Below are positions 40,695 to 50,707 of a DNA stretch of 64,000 nt, in pieces. The notes beneath the pieces are model-generated. The model saw only the letters and a list, made by a program, of their open reading frames with translations, searched no databases and was not told the DNA's origin. This DNA is from an uncultured Actinomycetota bacterium. GTDB lineage: Bacteria; Actinomycetota; Acidimicrobiia; Spongiisociales; UBA5794. The stretch covers positions 314-64,313 of the forward strand of contig CAWAUO010000004.1 of the NCBI GenBank assembly GCA_963785245.1, in the 5' to 3' direction. Position 1 is the first letter of the stretch; every line of letters begins with the position of its first letter. The translations under genes and the position numbers were made by a program.

Positions 40695-41623
40695 GTGAGG
40701 TATTCACCACCGCCGTGATGGTCGCCGTACTCGCTTCCGCCATCCGCCTCGCGGTTCCGCTTCTGCTGGCCGCGCTTGGTGAGACCTTCGGACAGCGAAG
40801 CGGTGTCCTCAACCTCGGCGTCGACGGCATCATGCTTCTCGGCGCCTTCACCGGCTACTACGCCGTGCTCAAGACCGACAACGTCTGGCTCGGACTGCTC
40901 GCCGGAGCGATCGTTGGTCTGATCCTCGGCCTCGCCTCGGCGGTGATTGCGGTGACGCTCAAGGCCGAGCAAGGGATCAGCGGCATCGGCGTCTTCCTGT
41001 TCGGCCTCGGGATGAGCGACCTGCTGTTCCAGAAGCTCGTCGGCACACCGATCCCGATCAGTCAGTTCCCGCAACTGGACATCCCGCTACTCTCAGATAT
41101 CCCGTACATCGGGGAGATCTTCTTCCAGCACAGCCTCGTCATCTATCTCGCGTTCCTGTCGATCCCGGTCGCGACATTCGTCATCAACCGCACGACATTC
41201 GGCATGAAGATCCGGGCTGTCGGCGAATACCCGGACGCCGCCGACACACTCGGTGTGAGCGTCGCCGGCGTGCGCTATGCAACCGAGATCATCGGCGGCA
41301 CTCTGGCCGGTATCGCCGGCGCCGTGCTGGCCATCACGCTGGGAATCTTCCAGCAGAACCTCACAAACGGCGCCGGATTCATCGCCATTGCACTCGTCTA
41401 CTTCGGTGCATGGCGCCCGACGGGCATCATGCTCGGCGCACTTCTTTTTGGTTTCGTCAACGCGCTGGTGCTGGAGCTGAAGACACAGGAGATCATTCCG
41501 AGAGATCTTTCCAACATCGCGTCGATGGCACCTGCAATCATCACCATCTTGGCTCTGGTTCTTGTGGCCCGTCGCTTCCGTGCGCCGTCCGCTCTGACCA
41601 AGCCATTCACAAGAGGGAAGTAA
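40691..41623 (+). CDS. Nucleoside/purine ABC transporter permease
   Basis: RSGVLNLGVDG, RAVGEYPDAADTLG, GFIAIALVYFGAW. Confidence 0.92.
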   Translation: MSEVFTTAVMVAVLASAIRLAVPLLLAALGETFGQRSGVLNLGVDGIMLLGAFTGYYAVLKTDNVWLGLLAGAIVGLILGLASAVIAVTLKAEQGISGIGVFLFGLGMSDLLFQKLVGTPIPISQFPQLDIPLLSDIPYIGEIFFQHSLVIYLAFLSIPVATFVINRTTFGMKIRAVGEYPDAADTLGVSVAGVRYATEIIGGTLAGIAGAVLAITLGIFQQNLTNGAGFIAIALVYFGAWRPTGIMLGALLFGFVNALVLELKTQEIIPRDLSNIASMAPAIITILALVLVARRFRAPSALTKPFTRGK

Positions 41624-41661
41624 GTGGCCGTCTACAGCGGCCAACAGTCAAGGAGGAAGCA

Positions 41662-42627
41662 GTGAAGAGAAGAAGTATCACGCTGATCGTGCTGATTGCA
41701 GCGTTGGCGCTGGTTGGCGCCGCTTGCAGCAGCGACGACGTCGGCGGGGACGATTTCAAGGTTGCGGTCATCGCGCCGTCCGCATCGAACGACCTGGCAT
41801 TCACCCAGTCGATGGTTGATGCCGCGAACAAGCTGGTGGAAGACGGAGTCATCGGCGAGGTCGCCGTCACCGACGGTACGTTCGTGGTCGAAGACGCCGC
41901 GGTCGCCATCCGCGACTACGCCGCGGAGGGCTACAACCTGGTGATCGCACACGGTTCCCAGTACGGAGGTTCACTCCAGGAGATCGCACCGGACTTCCCG
42001 GAAGTCTCCTTCGCCTGGGGCACGGCCGCCGACACCTTCGGCCTCCCGAACGTCTTCTCGTATGAAGCCGCGTCGGATCAGGGTGGACGAGTCATGGGAA
42101 TCATGGCTGCGGCCCTTTCGCAGTCGGACAACGTCGGCATCGTGGGACCGATCGAGGTCGGCGACGCGAAGCTCTACGTCGACGGATTCGAAGCCGGCGT
42201 GCTCATCCAGAAGCCGGGTGCCACGGTCAACATCAACTACATCGACTCGTTCAGCGACGTTGCGCTGGCTTCCGAGGCAGCGCAGTCGCTCATCAGCGCC
42301 GGTGCGGACGTGCTGTCCGGCACCGCCCAGATGACGGTCGGCGCGGTCGGCGTTGCCAAGACCGAAGGCGTGGCGTGGTTCGGCACCCAGTCGAATCAGA
42401 CGAGCCTTGCCCCGGAGATCGTGGTTGCATCCCAGGTCTATCACTGGGAGCACATGCTCGAAGAGATGATCGGCAAGATCGGTGACGGCACGCTCGGTGG
42501 TGAGCTCTACAAGATCACCTTCGCGAACGAAGGACTGGTCATCGAGTTCAACGACGACTACCCGCTGCCGGACGATGTGAAGCAGCTCGGCGAGGACGCC
42601 ATCAAGGTCTTCGAAGACGAGGGCTGA
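41662..42627 (+). CDS. BMP family ABC substrate-binding lipoprotein
   Basis: AAGGAGG RBS, lipobox LVGAAC, NDLAFTQS, YAAEGYNLVIAHG. Confidence 0.92.
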   Translation: MKRRSITLIVLIAALALVGAACSSDDVGGDDFKVAVIAPSASNDLAFTQSMVDAANKLVEDGVIGEVAVTDGTFVVEDAAVAIRDYAAEGYNLVIAHGSQYGGSLQEIAPDFPEVSFAWGTAADTFGLPNVFSYEAASDQGGRVMGIMAAALSQSDNVGIVGPIEVGDAKLYVDGFEAGVLIQKPGATVNINYIDSFSDVALASEAAQSLISAGADVLSGTAQMTVGAVGVAKTEGVAWFGTQSNQTSLAPEIVVASQVYHWEHMLEEMIGKIGDGTLGGELYKITFANEGLVIEFNDDYPLPDDVKQLGEDAIKVFEDEG

Positions 42628-42637
42628 GTAGGAACAA

Positions 42638-42673
42638 GGCCGGTCGGGGGATCGATGGATCCCCCGACCGGCC
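42638..42673 (+). terminator. Long stem-loop after the BMP gene
   Basis: GGCCGGTCGGGGGATC-GATG-GATCCCCCGACCGGCC 16-bp perfect stem; no U tract, so probably an mRNA stabiliser. Confidence 0.75.
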
Positions 42674-42688
42674 GAACAGGAGTGATGC

Positions 42689-44266
42689 GTGACGGTTAGC
42701 CCGATGCTCGAGATGCGGGGAATCACCAAACGGTTCCCGGGTGTGATCGCGAACAGCGACGTCGACTTCGACCTGTACGCGGGTGAGGTCCACGCGCTGC
42801 TCGGAGAGAACGGCGCAGGCAAGAGCACGCTCATGAAGGTCCTCTACGGGTTGTATCCGCCCGACGAGGGGACCATCACGATCGACGGTGAACTGGTGAC
42901 GATCGACAGCCCGAACGCTGCGATCGACCTCGGGGTCGGCATGATCCACCAGCACTTCATGCTGGTCCCCACGCTGACTGTTGCCGAGAACGTGGCACTG
43001 GGCCTGCCGTCGAGCCGCGGCTTCATCACCGACCTCGACGTTGTCTCGAAGCGCATCGTTGAGTTGGCCGGCCAATACGGGCTCGAGGTCGATCCATCGG
43101 CTCTCGTGTGGCAGCTCTCGGTCGGTGAGCGACAGCGGGTCGAGATTATCAAGGCTCTCTATCGCGAGGCCCAACTGCTCATCCTCGACGAGCCGACCGC
43201 GGTGCTGACGCCGCAAGAGGTCGATCAGCTGTTTGTCACGCTCCGTCAGCTCACGGCCGACGGTCGCGGCCTGATCTTCATCTCGCACAAGCTGCACGAG
43301 GTCTTGGCCCTGAGTGATCGTATCACGGTACTGCGCCACGGTGCGGTGACCGGTGAGGTTCCGACCGAAGGCGCCACCCGCGAGAGCCTCGCCAATATGA
43401 TGGTTGGTCGGCAGGTGAAGCTGAGTCCCGACCGATTGCCGGCTGAGCCGGGCGACGTCGCGCTCGAGATTCGGGACTTGACGGTTATGGGTGACCGCGG
43501 TCTCGTCGCCGTTGACGGCCTGAGCCTCGACGTCCGCAAGGGCGAGATCCTCGGAATCGCTGGCGTATCCGGCAACGGTCAGCGCGAGATGGCCGAGACG
43601 ATCGCCGGCCTGCGCGAAGCCAAGGACGGCACCATCAAGATCGAGGGAACGGATGTCACGAACGCGCTGCCGCTGAAGGTCAGGCAGGCCGGACTCGCCT
43701 ACGTTCCGGAGGAGCGTATGCGAGAAGGCGCCATCGCCGACTTCACCGTGTGGGAGAACCTGCTGCTCATCGACTACGCAAGTTCTGACTATCTGAAGGC
43801 CGGCCTGTTCGACTTTGGGAAGATCAAGGATCATTCCAACGAGTTGGTGGAGTCCTTCGACATTCGCACGCCGTCGATCGAGACCTCATGCGGAAGTCTC
43901 TCGGGTGGAAACATCCAGAAAGTCATCATGGCCAGGGAGCTGTCATCTTCTCCGGTTGTGCTGGTGGCATCGCAACCGACCCGCGGCGTCGACATCGGCG
44001 CGGCCGAGTACATCCACCGTCGCCTGATCGACAAGCGCAACAAGCTGACCGACGCTGAGTTCATCCAGCAGAAACTGATCGAGCACCGCACCGCGATGAC
44101 GGCCGTATTGATGATCTCGGAGGATCTTGACGAGATCTTCGGTTTGTCGGATCGGATTGCGGTGATGTACGAAGGCAAGATCATCGGCATCGTCGATCCA
44201 GAGGCGGCGACCCGCGAGGAAGTCGGCCTGATGATGGCGGGCGTCGCCAAGGCCGAGCCGGCCTGA
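42689..44266 (+). CDS. ABC transporter ATP-binding protein (CUT2, two domains)
   Basis: [34 protein letters not shown]. Confidence 0.94.
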   Translation: MTVSPMLEMRGITKRFPGVIANSDVDFDLYAGEVHALLGENGAGKSTLMKVLYGLYPPDEGTITIDGELVTIDSPNAAIDLGVGMIHQHFMLVPTLTVAENVALGLPSSRGFITDLDVVSKRIVELAGQYGLEVDPSALVWQLSVGERQRVEIIKALYREAQLLILDEPTAVLTPQEVDQLFVTLRQLTADGRGLIFISHKLHEVLALSDRITVLRHGAVTGEVPTEGATRESLANMMVGRQVKLSPDRLPAEPGDVALEIRDLTVMGDRGLVAVDGLSLDVRKGEILGIAGVSGNGQREMAETIAGLREAKDGTIKIEGTDVTNALPLKVRQAGLAYVPEERMREGAIADFTVWENLLLIDYASSDYLKAGLFDFGKIKDHSNELVESFDIRTPSIETSCGSLSGGNIQKVIMARELSSSPVVLVASQPTRGVDIGAAEYIHRRLIDKRNKLTDAEFIQQKLIEHRTAMTAVLMISEDLDEIFGLSDRIAVMYEGKIIGIVDPEAATREEVGLMMAGVAKAEPA

Positions 44267-44323
44267 CCGAACGGTCCTTCGCACCGGCGTGTTCATCGTG
44301 CGGTGCCTCTACGCTGGCTCCTG

Positions 44324-46078
44324 ATGGCCTACTCGCGTGAAGATATCGACCGGGTTCGGGAACGCACCGATCTCGTGGAACTCGCCTCCGAGGTGACCCG
44401 GGTCAAGCGCTCGGGACGCTCGGTGATGGCCGTCTGCCCGTTCCACTCCGAGAAGACCCCATCGCTCTCCATCGATCCGGCCCGGGGACTGTTCCACTGC
44501 TTCGGATGTGGCAAGAGCGGCGACGTGTTCGGCTGGGTCCAGGAGACACAAGGCCTCGGCTTCTCCGATGCACTCGAACTCCTCGCCAGGCGCGTGGGTG
44601 TCGCCCTGACCGTCGATCCGGAGGCGGCGAAGCACCGGGATCGGCGTGAACGGCTGATCGACGCCGTCGAGCGGTCGGTGGCGTTCTACCGCGACCGGCT
44701 CAAGGCCGGCAGCGACGCCGGCCACGCTCGCGGCTATCTGCGGAGTCGTGGCTACGACGCGGACGTCGTCGACCGGTTCCATCTCGGATACTCGCCCGAG
44801 GCCTGGGACACGCTGGTGAACCATCTGCGTGACGCCGGTGTGAAGGACGAGGCGATGACCGCCGCGGGTCTCGCATCCCGATCTCGCCGTGGCGGTCTCG
44901 TCGATCGTTTCCGGAATCGGCTCATGTTCCCGATCTACGACGTACGAGGCGATGCGGTGGGATTCGGCGCCCGCCTCCTCGACGGCGATGGACCCAAGTA
45001 CCTGAACTCCCCTGAGACCCCGATCTATCACAAATCTCGCCTGCTCTACGGGCTGAACTGGGCGAAGTCCCAGATCGTGCGCGCTGATGAGTCGGTCGTG
45101 GTCGAGGGCTATACCGACGTGATCGCATTCCACCTCGCAGACATGCCGGTCGCGGTTGCAACCTGCGGTACGGCCTTGGGGGAAGAGCATCTCGATCTGC
45201 TCCGTCGCTTCTCGAAGAAGGTCGTTCTCGCATTCGATGCCGACGAGGCGGGCGCAGGTGCCGCCGAGCGCGGTTTTGAGCGCTCCGTCCCCGGTGATCT
45301 CGACCTTCGTGTCGCGGTCCTTCCCGAGGGCCGGGACCCCGCCGATCTCGTCGCCGATGGCCAACTCGATGCGCTGAGGGCAGCCATCGACTCATCGGCA
45401 CCCTTGCTGCAGTTCCGGATCGATCGGGAACTGGCCGGGTTCAACCTCGACGAACCTGAGGCCCGGGGACGCGCCGTGCGGGCTGCGGCGGCGCTCATTG
45501 CACTCCATCCCGACCCGGTTGTACGTCACGAATACGCGGTCCTCGTGACGCGTCGGACCGGTGTGGATGTCCCGACGGTCGAGTCTGCCCTCCGCGGTTC
45601 CGGTCGACCGGCCGCCGCCGCGCCGCCCCCGCTCGATGAGACGAGTTTGACCGGTCCGCAACGCACGGAGCGCGAGGTTCTCAGGCTGTTCCTGGCGAAC
45701 GATACGGCGATCCGTTCGCTCGACGTCTCCGCCGATCTGTTTTCCGAACCAGCGTATCGCTCGGCATTCGAGGTGATCTCCGAACTGGTTGAGCCGCTCG
45801 AACCCGGGATCGTTCCCGACCTCGGCGCGACGATCGGCTCCGACGATCTACCGGAGGGCGCCTTGCTCCGATCGCTGGCGCTGCAGCAGCGGCCACTCGC
45901 CGAGGCTTCCGATGTGATGAAACGCCTCAAGCAGGAGGCGGTTGAGCGCCGAATTGAACAAGTGCAGGGCGAACTCGCCGCTGTCGACGCCGACGCCGAC
46001 CCACAGGGGTATTCAGAACAGTTCGAACGCCTGATAGCGTTGCAGAACGAACGCAGGGAATTGCGGAGCAGGGAATGA
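44324..46078 (+). CDS. dnaG: DNA primase
   Basis: [10 protein letters not shown]...HCFGC zinc finger, [21 protein letters not shown]. Confidence 0.97.
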   Translation: MAYSREDIDRVRERTDLVELASEVTRVKRSGRSVMAVCPFHSEKTPSLSIDPARGLFHCFGCGKSGDVFGWVQETQGLGFSDALELLARRVGVALTVDPEAAKHRDRRERLIDAVERSVAFYRDRLKAGSDAGHARGYLRSRGYDADVVDRFHLGYSPEAWDTLVNHLRDAGVKDEAMTAAGLASRSRRGGLVDRFRNRLMFPIYDVRGDAVGFGARLLDGDGPKYLNSPETPIYHKSRLLYGLNWAKSQIVRADESVVVEGYTDVIAFHLADMPVAVATCGTALGEEHLDLLRRFSKKVVLAFDADEAGAGAAERGFERSVPGDLDLRVAVLPEGRDPADLVADGQLDALRAAIDSSAPLLQFRIDRELAGFNLDEPEARGRAVRAAAALIALHPDPVVRHEYAVLVTRRTGVDVPTVESALRGSGRPAAAAPPPLDETSLTGPQRTEREVLRLFLANDTAIRSLDVSADLFSEPAYRSAFEVISELVEPLEPGIVPDLGATIGSDDLPEGALLRSLALQQRPLAEASDVMKRLKQEAVERRIEQVQGELAAVDADADPQGYSEQFERLIALQNERRELRSRE

Positions 46079-47211
46079 ACGAGATTGTCCGAATCGTGCT
46101 CGAGGAGCTGACGGCCAGGGGCCGCCAGCGCGGCTTCCTCGTCATGACCGAGGTCCAGCAGGAACTCGAAGAGGTCGGGGCTCCGGACGAGTCATTCGAC
46201 GCCGTATTCCTGGCACTGCGAGAGGAACGCATTCCGATCCGCGAGGACTCCGCCAACAGCCTCGCTGCCACCAACCTCTCGAACGATGAACTCGTTCATG
46301 TGTCCGACCCGGTCCGCATGTACCTCCAGGAGATCGGCCGTTTCCCGCTGCTCACTCCGCAGCAGGAGGTCGAACTCGCCATGCAGGCCGAGGCTGGCAC
46401 TCGCGCCGAGGAACAAATCGAGGAGGGATCGAAGCTTGCGCCCGCAGACCGGATCATCATCGAACGCACCGTCCGCAACGGGGACAAGGCCCGCAAACGA
46501 CTGGTCGAAGCCAACCTGAGGCTCGTCGTCTCGATCGCCAAGAAATACATCGGGCGCGGCCTCAGCCTGCTCGACCTCATTCAGGAGGGCAACCTCGGAC
46601 TGATCCGGGCCGTCGAGAAGTTCGACTACCGGAAGGGTTTCAAGTTCTCGACCTACGCAACGTGGTGGATCCGCCAGGCGGTGACGCGAGCACTCGCCGA
46701 CCAGGCTCGCACCATCCGGGTGCCCGTCCACATGGTCGAGACGATCAACAAGCTCGCGCGCACGCAACGCACACTCATGCAGGAACTCGGCCGGGATCCG
46801 ACGATCGAGGAGATCGCCGAGGAACTCGAACTCGATCCGGACAAGGTCACCGAACTCCGCCGCATCGCCCAGGACCCGGTGTCGCTGGAGACGCCACTCG
46901 GCGAAGAGGACGATTCGACGCTTGGTGACTTCGTCGAAGACACGGATGCGGAGATCCCGATTGATGTCGCGGCGTTCCATCTACTCCAGAGCTACCTGAG
47001 TCTGGCCCTTGAAGCCCTGAATGACCGCGAACGCGATGTGCTCGTCATGCGCTTCGGTCTCGCCGACGGCAAGGTTCGCACGCTCGAAGAGGTCGGTGAC
47101 CACTTCCACGTCACCAGGGAGCGCATCCGTCAAATCGAGACCAAGGCGCTCGCAAAGCTACGCCAGCCGGCCCGCGCACGGAAGCTCGAGGGCTACCTCG
47201 AAGGCGCTTGA
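46075..47211 (+). CDS. rpoD: Primary RNA polymerase sigma factor
   Basis: [42 protein letters not shown]. Confidence 0.96.
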   Translation: MNEIVRIVLEELTARGRQRGFLVMTEVQQELEEVGAPDESFDAVFLALREERIPIREDSANSLAATNLSNDELVHVSDPVRMYLQEIGRFPLLTPQQEVELAMQAEAGTRAEEQIEEGSKLAPADRIIIERTVRNGDKARKRLVEANLRLVVSIAKKYIGRGLSLLDLIQEGNLGLIRAVEKFDYRKGFKFSTYATWWIRQAVTRALADQARTIRVPVHMVETINKLARTQRTLMQELGRDPTIEEIAEELELDPDKVTELRRIAQDPVSLETPLGEEDDSTLGDFVEDTDAEIPIDVAAFHLLQSYLSLALEALNDRERDVLVMRFGLADGKVRTLEEVGDHFHVTRERIRQIETKALAKLRQPARARKLEGYLEGA

Positions 47212-47267
47212 TCGGGGTCCGTCTGGCACACCACGTGGGATGTCATCGTGGTCGTAAACGAGCGTGA

Positions 47268-47687
47268 TGTGGCCGAGGGTCGTATCGCCTGAACACGCCG
47301 GCACATGCCTGCGCAGCAGCCGATGTCGTGATCACGGCGACGGGCAGGGCCGACGCGGTGAGTCTCGATCTGATCTCCCGGATGCCCGATGGCCTCGTCC
47401 TCGCGAATGCCAGGCATGTCGAGACCGAGATCGACACCCATCGACCCGATCACGAAGCGCCGGGTGTCGAGTTGGCTCCCTCGCTGGAGCGTCACGATCT
47501 CCCCAATGGCCGCTCCGTGTTCGTGCTCGCTGATGGACGGATCTTCGATCTCACTGCGGAGGGCGGTATCGGCAAGCCGATCGAAGCCATGGATCGCGGC
47601 CTCACCTTGCAGGCCAGGTCCCTCGCAGCACTCGTCGACCCACGTTCGACCTCCACCCCGGCCCCCAACCCGTGCCTGACGTTGTGA
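47268..47687 (+). pseudogene. Adenosylhomocysteinase (AhcY)-like C-terminal remnant
   Basis: ADVVITATG...MPDGLVLANARHVETEID...LPNGRSVFVLADGR...GKPIEAMD..LTLQA; in-frame TGA at 47265 and no N-terminal domain. Confidence 0.7.
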
Positions 47688-47816
47688 ACACCAGCACCGC
47701 AACGGCCATCCTCGAAGCGATGGGCCAATTCGGTAGCTGAGTAGCGGAGTCGCCGTTCGCCAGATTCTGGTTGCCGAGCAACGGTTTCTGTCACACCCGG
47801 TGGATCGGTTGCGGGT

Positions 47817-48950
47817 ATGGGACACCAGGATTTCGCCACCGACGCGATCGAGCAGAGGCTGCTTGACGACGAGGCCGCGATCGCCCGACATCGGGCCTCA
47901 CAGATGTCGCTGTTGCGTGAACTCGATCGGCGTCAGGTCGCGACGCGTGACGGGCATCGGTCCCTCAAGGAGTGGGCTACCGGCCGGATGGACCTCGCAC
48001 CCGAGATGGCAGCGATGCTCGTCACCACCGCGCGGCGCCTCGAAGACCTCCCCGATGTCGACGCTGCGGTCGCCTCCGGCGAGATCGGCTTCGACCGGGC
48101 CGTTGCGATCAGCAGGCTCGCGGGTCGTGACGATGCGTTGGATCTGCTCGCCGAGGCGGCCGGGTATGACATTGCGGGCGTCCGGGCCTTGGCGGCGAAG
48201 CGGCGTCGTATGAGCCGTCTTGACGAGATCCGAGCCTTCGAGGAACGCTACGTGTCGATCCAACCGAACCTCGACGAATCCTCGTGGCGCCTCACCGGAC
48301 AGGTGCCCGGCTTCGCGGGTTGCACCATCGTCGCAGCCCTCGAGACCCGCGGCGACACCTTCCCCTACGGAGCCGACGTCACACCGGCACGCACCACAAG
48401 GAACGCCGACGCGTTGTGGTCGATCAGCCACGACGCCGTCACCGGAAGCGACGGAGCGTCGATTGATGCGTCGACACCGGTCCTCACCGTGTTCGTCGAC
48501 ACCACCGAAGCCGCAGCCACGAACGGTCAGGCTGGTGTCACCCTCGAAACCGGCCCCCGGGTCGGAGCGAACGCGATCGAAGCGATCCTGTGCACCGGCG
48601 TTGTTGAAGTGACCTCCCGGACCCGGGACGGACAACCCCTCGCGTTGGGCCGCCGGACACGGGTGATCCCACCCCGACTGCGACGATTCATCCTGCATCG
48701 CGACGGCGGCACCTGCACCGTTGCGGGCTGTGTGAGCAGGTACCGCCTGCAGGCGCATCACATGGTTCCGTGGTCCCACAATGGCCGGACCGATCCGGAG
48801 AACCTGACGACGCTGTGCTGGTTCCACCACCAGGTGATGATCCACGGCCACGGACACCGCATCGACCCCGACTCGCCACCCCAACGAAGACGACTCCTCA
48901 ACCCCAGAATCCACGCACCCCCCGCCCGAACCCGATCGAGTACGGCGTAG
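47817..48950 (+). CDS. DUF222 + HNH endonuclease (13E12-repeat-like protein)
   Basis: LGRRTR..P..LRR....RDGGTCTVAGC...AHH..PW...GRTDPENLTTLCWFHH. Confidence 0.9.
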   Translation: MGHQDFATDAIEQRLLDDEAAIARHRASQMSLLRELDRRQVATRDGHRSLKEWATGRMDLAPEMAAMLVTTARRLEDLPDVDAAVASGEIGFDRAVAISRLAGRDDALDLLAEAAGYDIAGVRALAAKRRRMSRLDEIRAFEERYVSIQPNLDESSWRLTGQVPGFAGCTIVAALETRGDTFPYGADVTPARTTRNADALWSISHDAVTGSDGASIDASTPVLTVFVDTTEAAATNGQAGVTLETGPRVGANAIEAILCTGVVEVTSRTRDGQPLALGRRTRVIPPRLRRFILHRDGGTCTVAGCVSRYRLQAHHMVPWSHNGRTDPENLTTLCWFHHQVMIHGHGHRIDPDSPPQRRRLLNPRIHAPPARTRSSTA

Positions 48951-49070
48951 ACAACTCTTCGCCTCTCCCACACAGTGTGAGAGGCGCGAGCACCGGCCGC
49001 CAGGCCGGAGCGCAGCGGAGAGGGCCTCTGGGAGTCCGAACCACCAAGACGAGACCAGCCGAGTATTCCA

Positions 49071-49107
49071 ACCAGCAACCAGCAACCAGCAACCGGCAAC
49101 CGGCGAC
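49071..49107. repeat. Tandem heptamer repeat
   Basis: ACCAGCA x3, ACCGGCA, ACCGGCG; reverse complement GTCGCCG GTTGCCG GTTGCTG... Confidence 0.85.
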
Positions 49108-49128
49108 TCGCTCCAGGCTGCTCGGCCC

Positions 49129-49380
49129 CTATGTCTTCGTCGAGCCGTTCGATTCGGCGCGCTCTTTGATCTTGTCGCTCGCTGTGACCAAACCCTGGCC
49201 GGCGGCACGGCGGACCTTGGCCGTGGAGCGATCTGCGGTCGCGGTGATCTTCCGGACCTTTTCGTTGCTGCGGACGGAGTCGTACGCGCCCTTGAGTTGG
49301 TCGTACCGTTCGCGGCCGGCGCGCGCGCCGAACACGAACCCGATACCAAGACCGACGGCGAGGCCTGTTCTGAACTTCAT
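49129..49380 (-). CDS. Small conserved actinobacterial membrane-anchored protein (YtxH-like)
   Basis: MKFRTGLAVGLGIGFVFGARAGRERYDQL. Confidence 0.75.
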   Translation of the reverse strand: MKFRTGLAVGLGIGFVFGARAGRERYDQLKGAYDSVRSNEKVRKITATADRSTAKVRRAAGQGLVTASDKIKERAESNGSTKT

Positions 49381-49479
49381 GGCAGTGATTGTCCCACATC
49401 GGGTGCGGTGTTGGTCCGCAGGGGAGTTGGTGTTGCCCTCTGGTATTCTTCGCGCCGCCCGCCTCCTCGGCAGGCGCCT

Positions 49480-49555
49480 TCCGGGGTAGCTCAATCGGCA
49501 GAGCAGCGGACTGTTAATCCGTTTGTTGGGAGTTCGAGTCTCCCCCCCGGAGCCA
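49480..49555 (+). tRNA. tRNA-Asn (GTT)
   Basis: TCCGGGG acceptor stem, TAGCTCAATCGGCAGAGC D arm, GCGGA-CTGTTAA-TCCGT anticodon arm, GTTCGAG T loop, encoded CCA. Confidence 0.97.
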
Positions 49556-49688
49556 TCGGATCTGAATTGACTCAACACATCACGAGCGTGGTTCGCCGAG
49601 GGCGCTGCCCGATGAACGCCTACGGATGCGGCCGTTGCGGCGGCACCCCTGCGACAATCATGCTCACCCGCTACGGGAGACTCTCTTG

Positions 49689-50707
49689 ATGTCCGGCAAT
49701 GCTACGTTCGAAATGACCGACACCGCTCTCGTGTCGATTGCCCACGTCGACGCCCCTGAGGTCGTTACCTCCGCCCAGTTTGATGAGATTCTTGCGGACA
49801 CGTTTCGCGCGTGGGTGCTCAGCCGGGTCTGCTCGAGAGTCTGGCCGGCATTCGCGAACGCCGGTGGTGGCCCGAGGGGTACCTGTTCACGGACGGCGCG
49901 GCAGCAGCAGGAGCGAAAGCGATCGCGTCCGCTGGAATCCGTGTCGAAGAGATCGGATTGTTGATCGACACGTCGGTCTGCCGCGACCGACTCGAACCCT
50001 CGTCGGCAGTCACCGTTCACCACACCCTCGACCTCCCAAGCTCGTGCCTCAGCTTCGACCTCTCCAACGCCTGCCTCGGCTTCGTGAACGCTCTGCAAGT
50101 GGCCGGCAACATGATCGACAGCGGTCAGATCAACTATGCGTTGATCGTCGACGGTGAGGGGAGCCGGGTCCTGCAGGAGACAACACTCGCCCGCCTCTCC
50201 GGACCCGACACGACGATGGGCGATATCTTCGCCGAATTCGCCTCGCTCACCCTCGGATCCGGGGCCGCAGCAGCGGTCGTCGGTCGCTTCTCCGACAACC
50301 CCGGGAGCCATCAGGTGATTGGTGGGATGGCTCGCGCCGACACGAGCCACCACAAGCTCTGCGTCGGCAGTCTCGACAAGATGCAGACCGACACGAGGGC
50401 CCTGCTCGAAGCCGGACTGCAGGTGTCCAAGCTGGCATGGGGTGATGCCGAGGAGAACGGCTACCTCGACGCCGACCGCTACATCTTCCACCAGATCTCT
50501 CAGGTGCACACGAATATGCTGTGCGAACGACTCGGGATCGACATCGAGAAGGTCCCTCTCACGTTTCCGTTCCTCGGCAACGTCGGTCCGGCATCGATTC
50601 CGATCACGCTCTCCATGGAGGCCGAGAACCTCAAGGCCGGCGACCAGGTGCTGCTGATGGGGATCGGTTCGGGCATCAACACGTCGGTGATGGAACTGCG
50701 CTGGTGA
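49689..50707 (+). CDS. oleA: OleA acyl-CoA condensing enzyme (thiolase/FabH family), frameshift near 49810
   Basis: MSGNATF... in one frame, then GIRERRWW, LEPS, NACLG, LTLGSG, HQIS, GNVGPAS. Confidence 0.88.

Noticed and set aside
47817-48950. HNH protein as IscB/Cas9-like RNA-guided nuclease
   Set aside because: No PLMP N-terminus, RuvC motifs or CRISPR array; the architecture fits DUF222-HNH.
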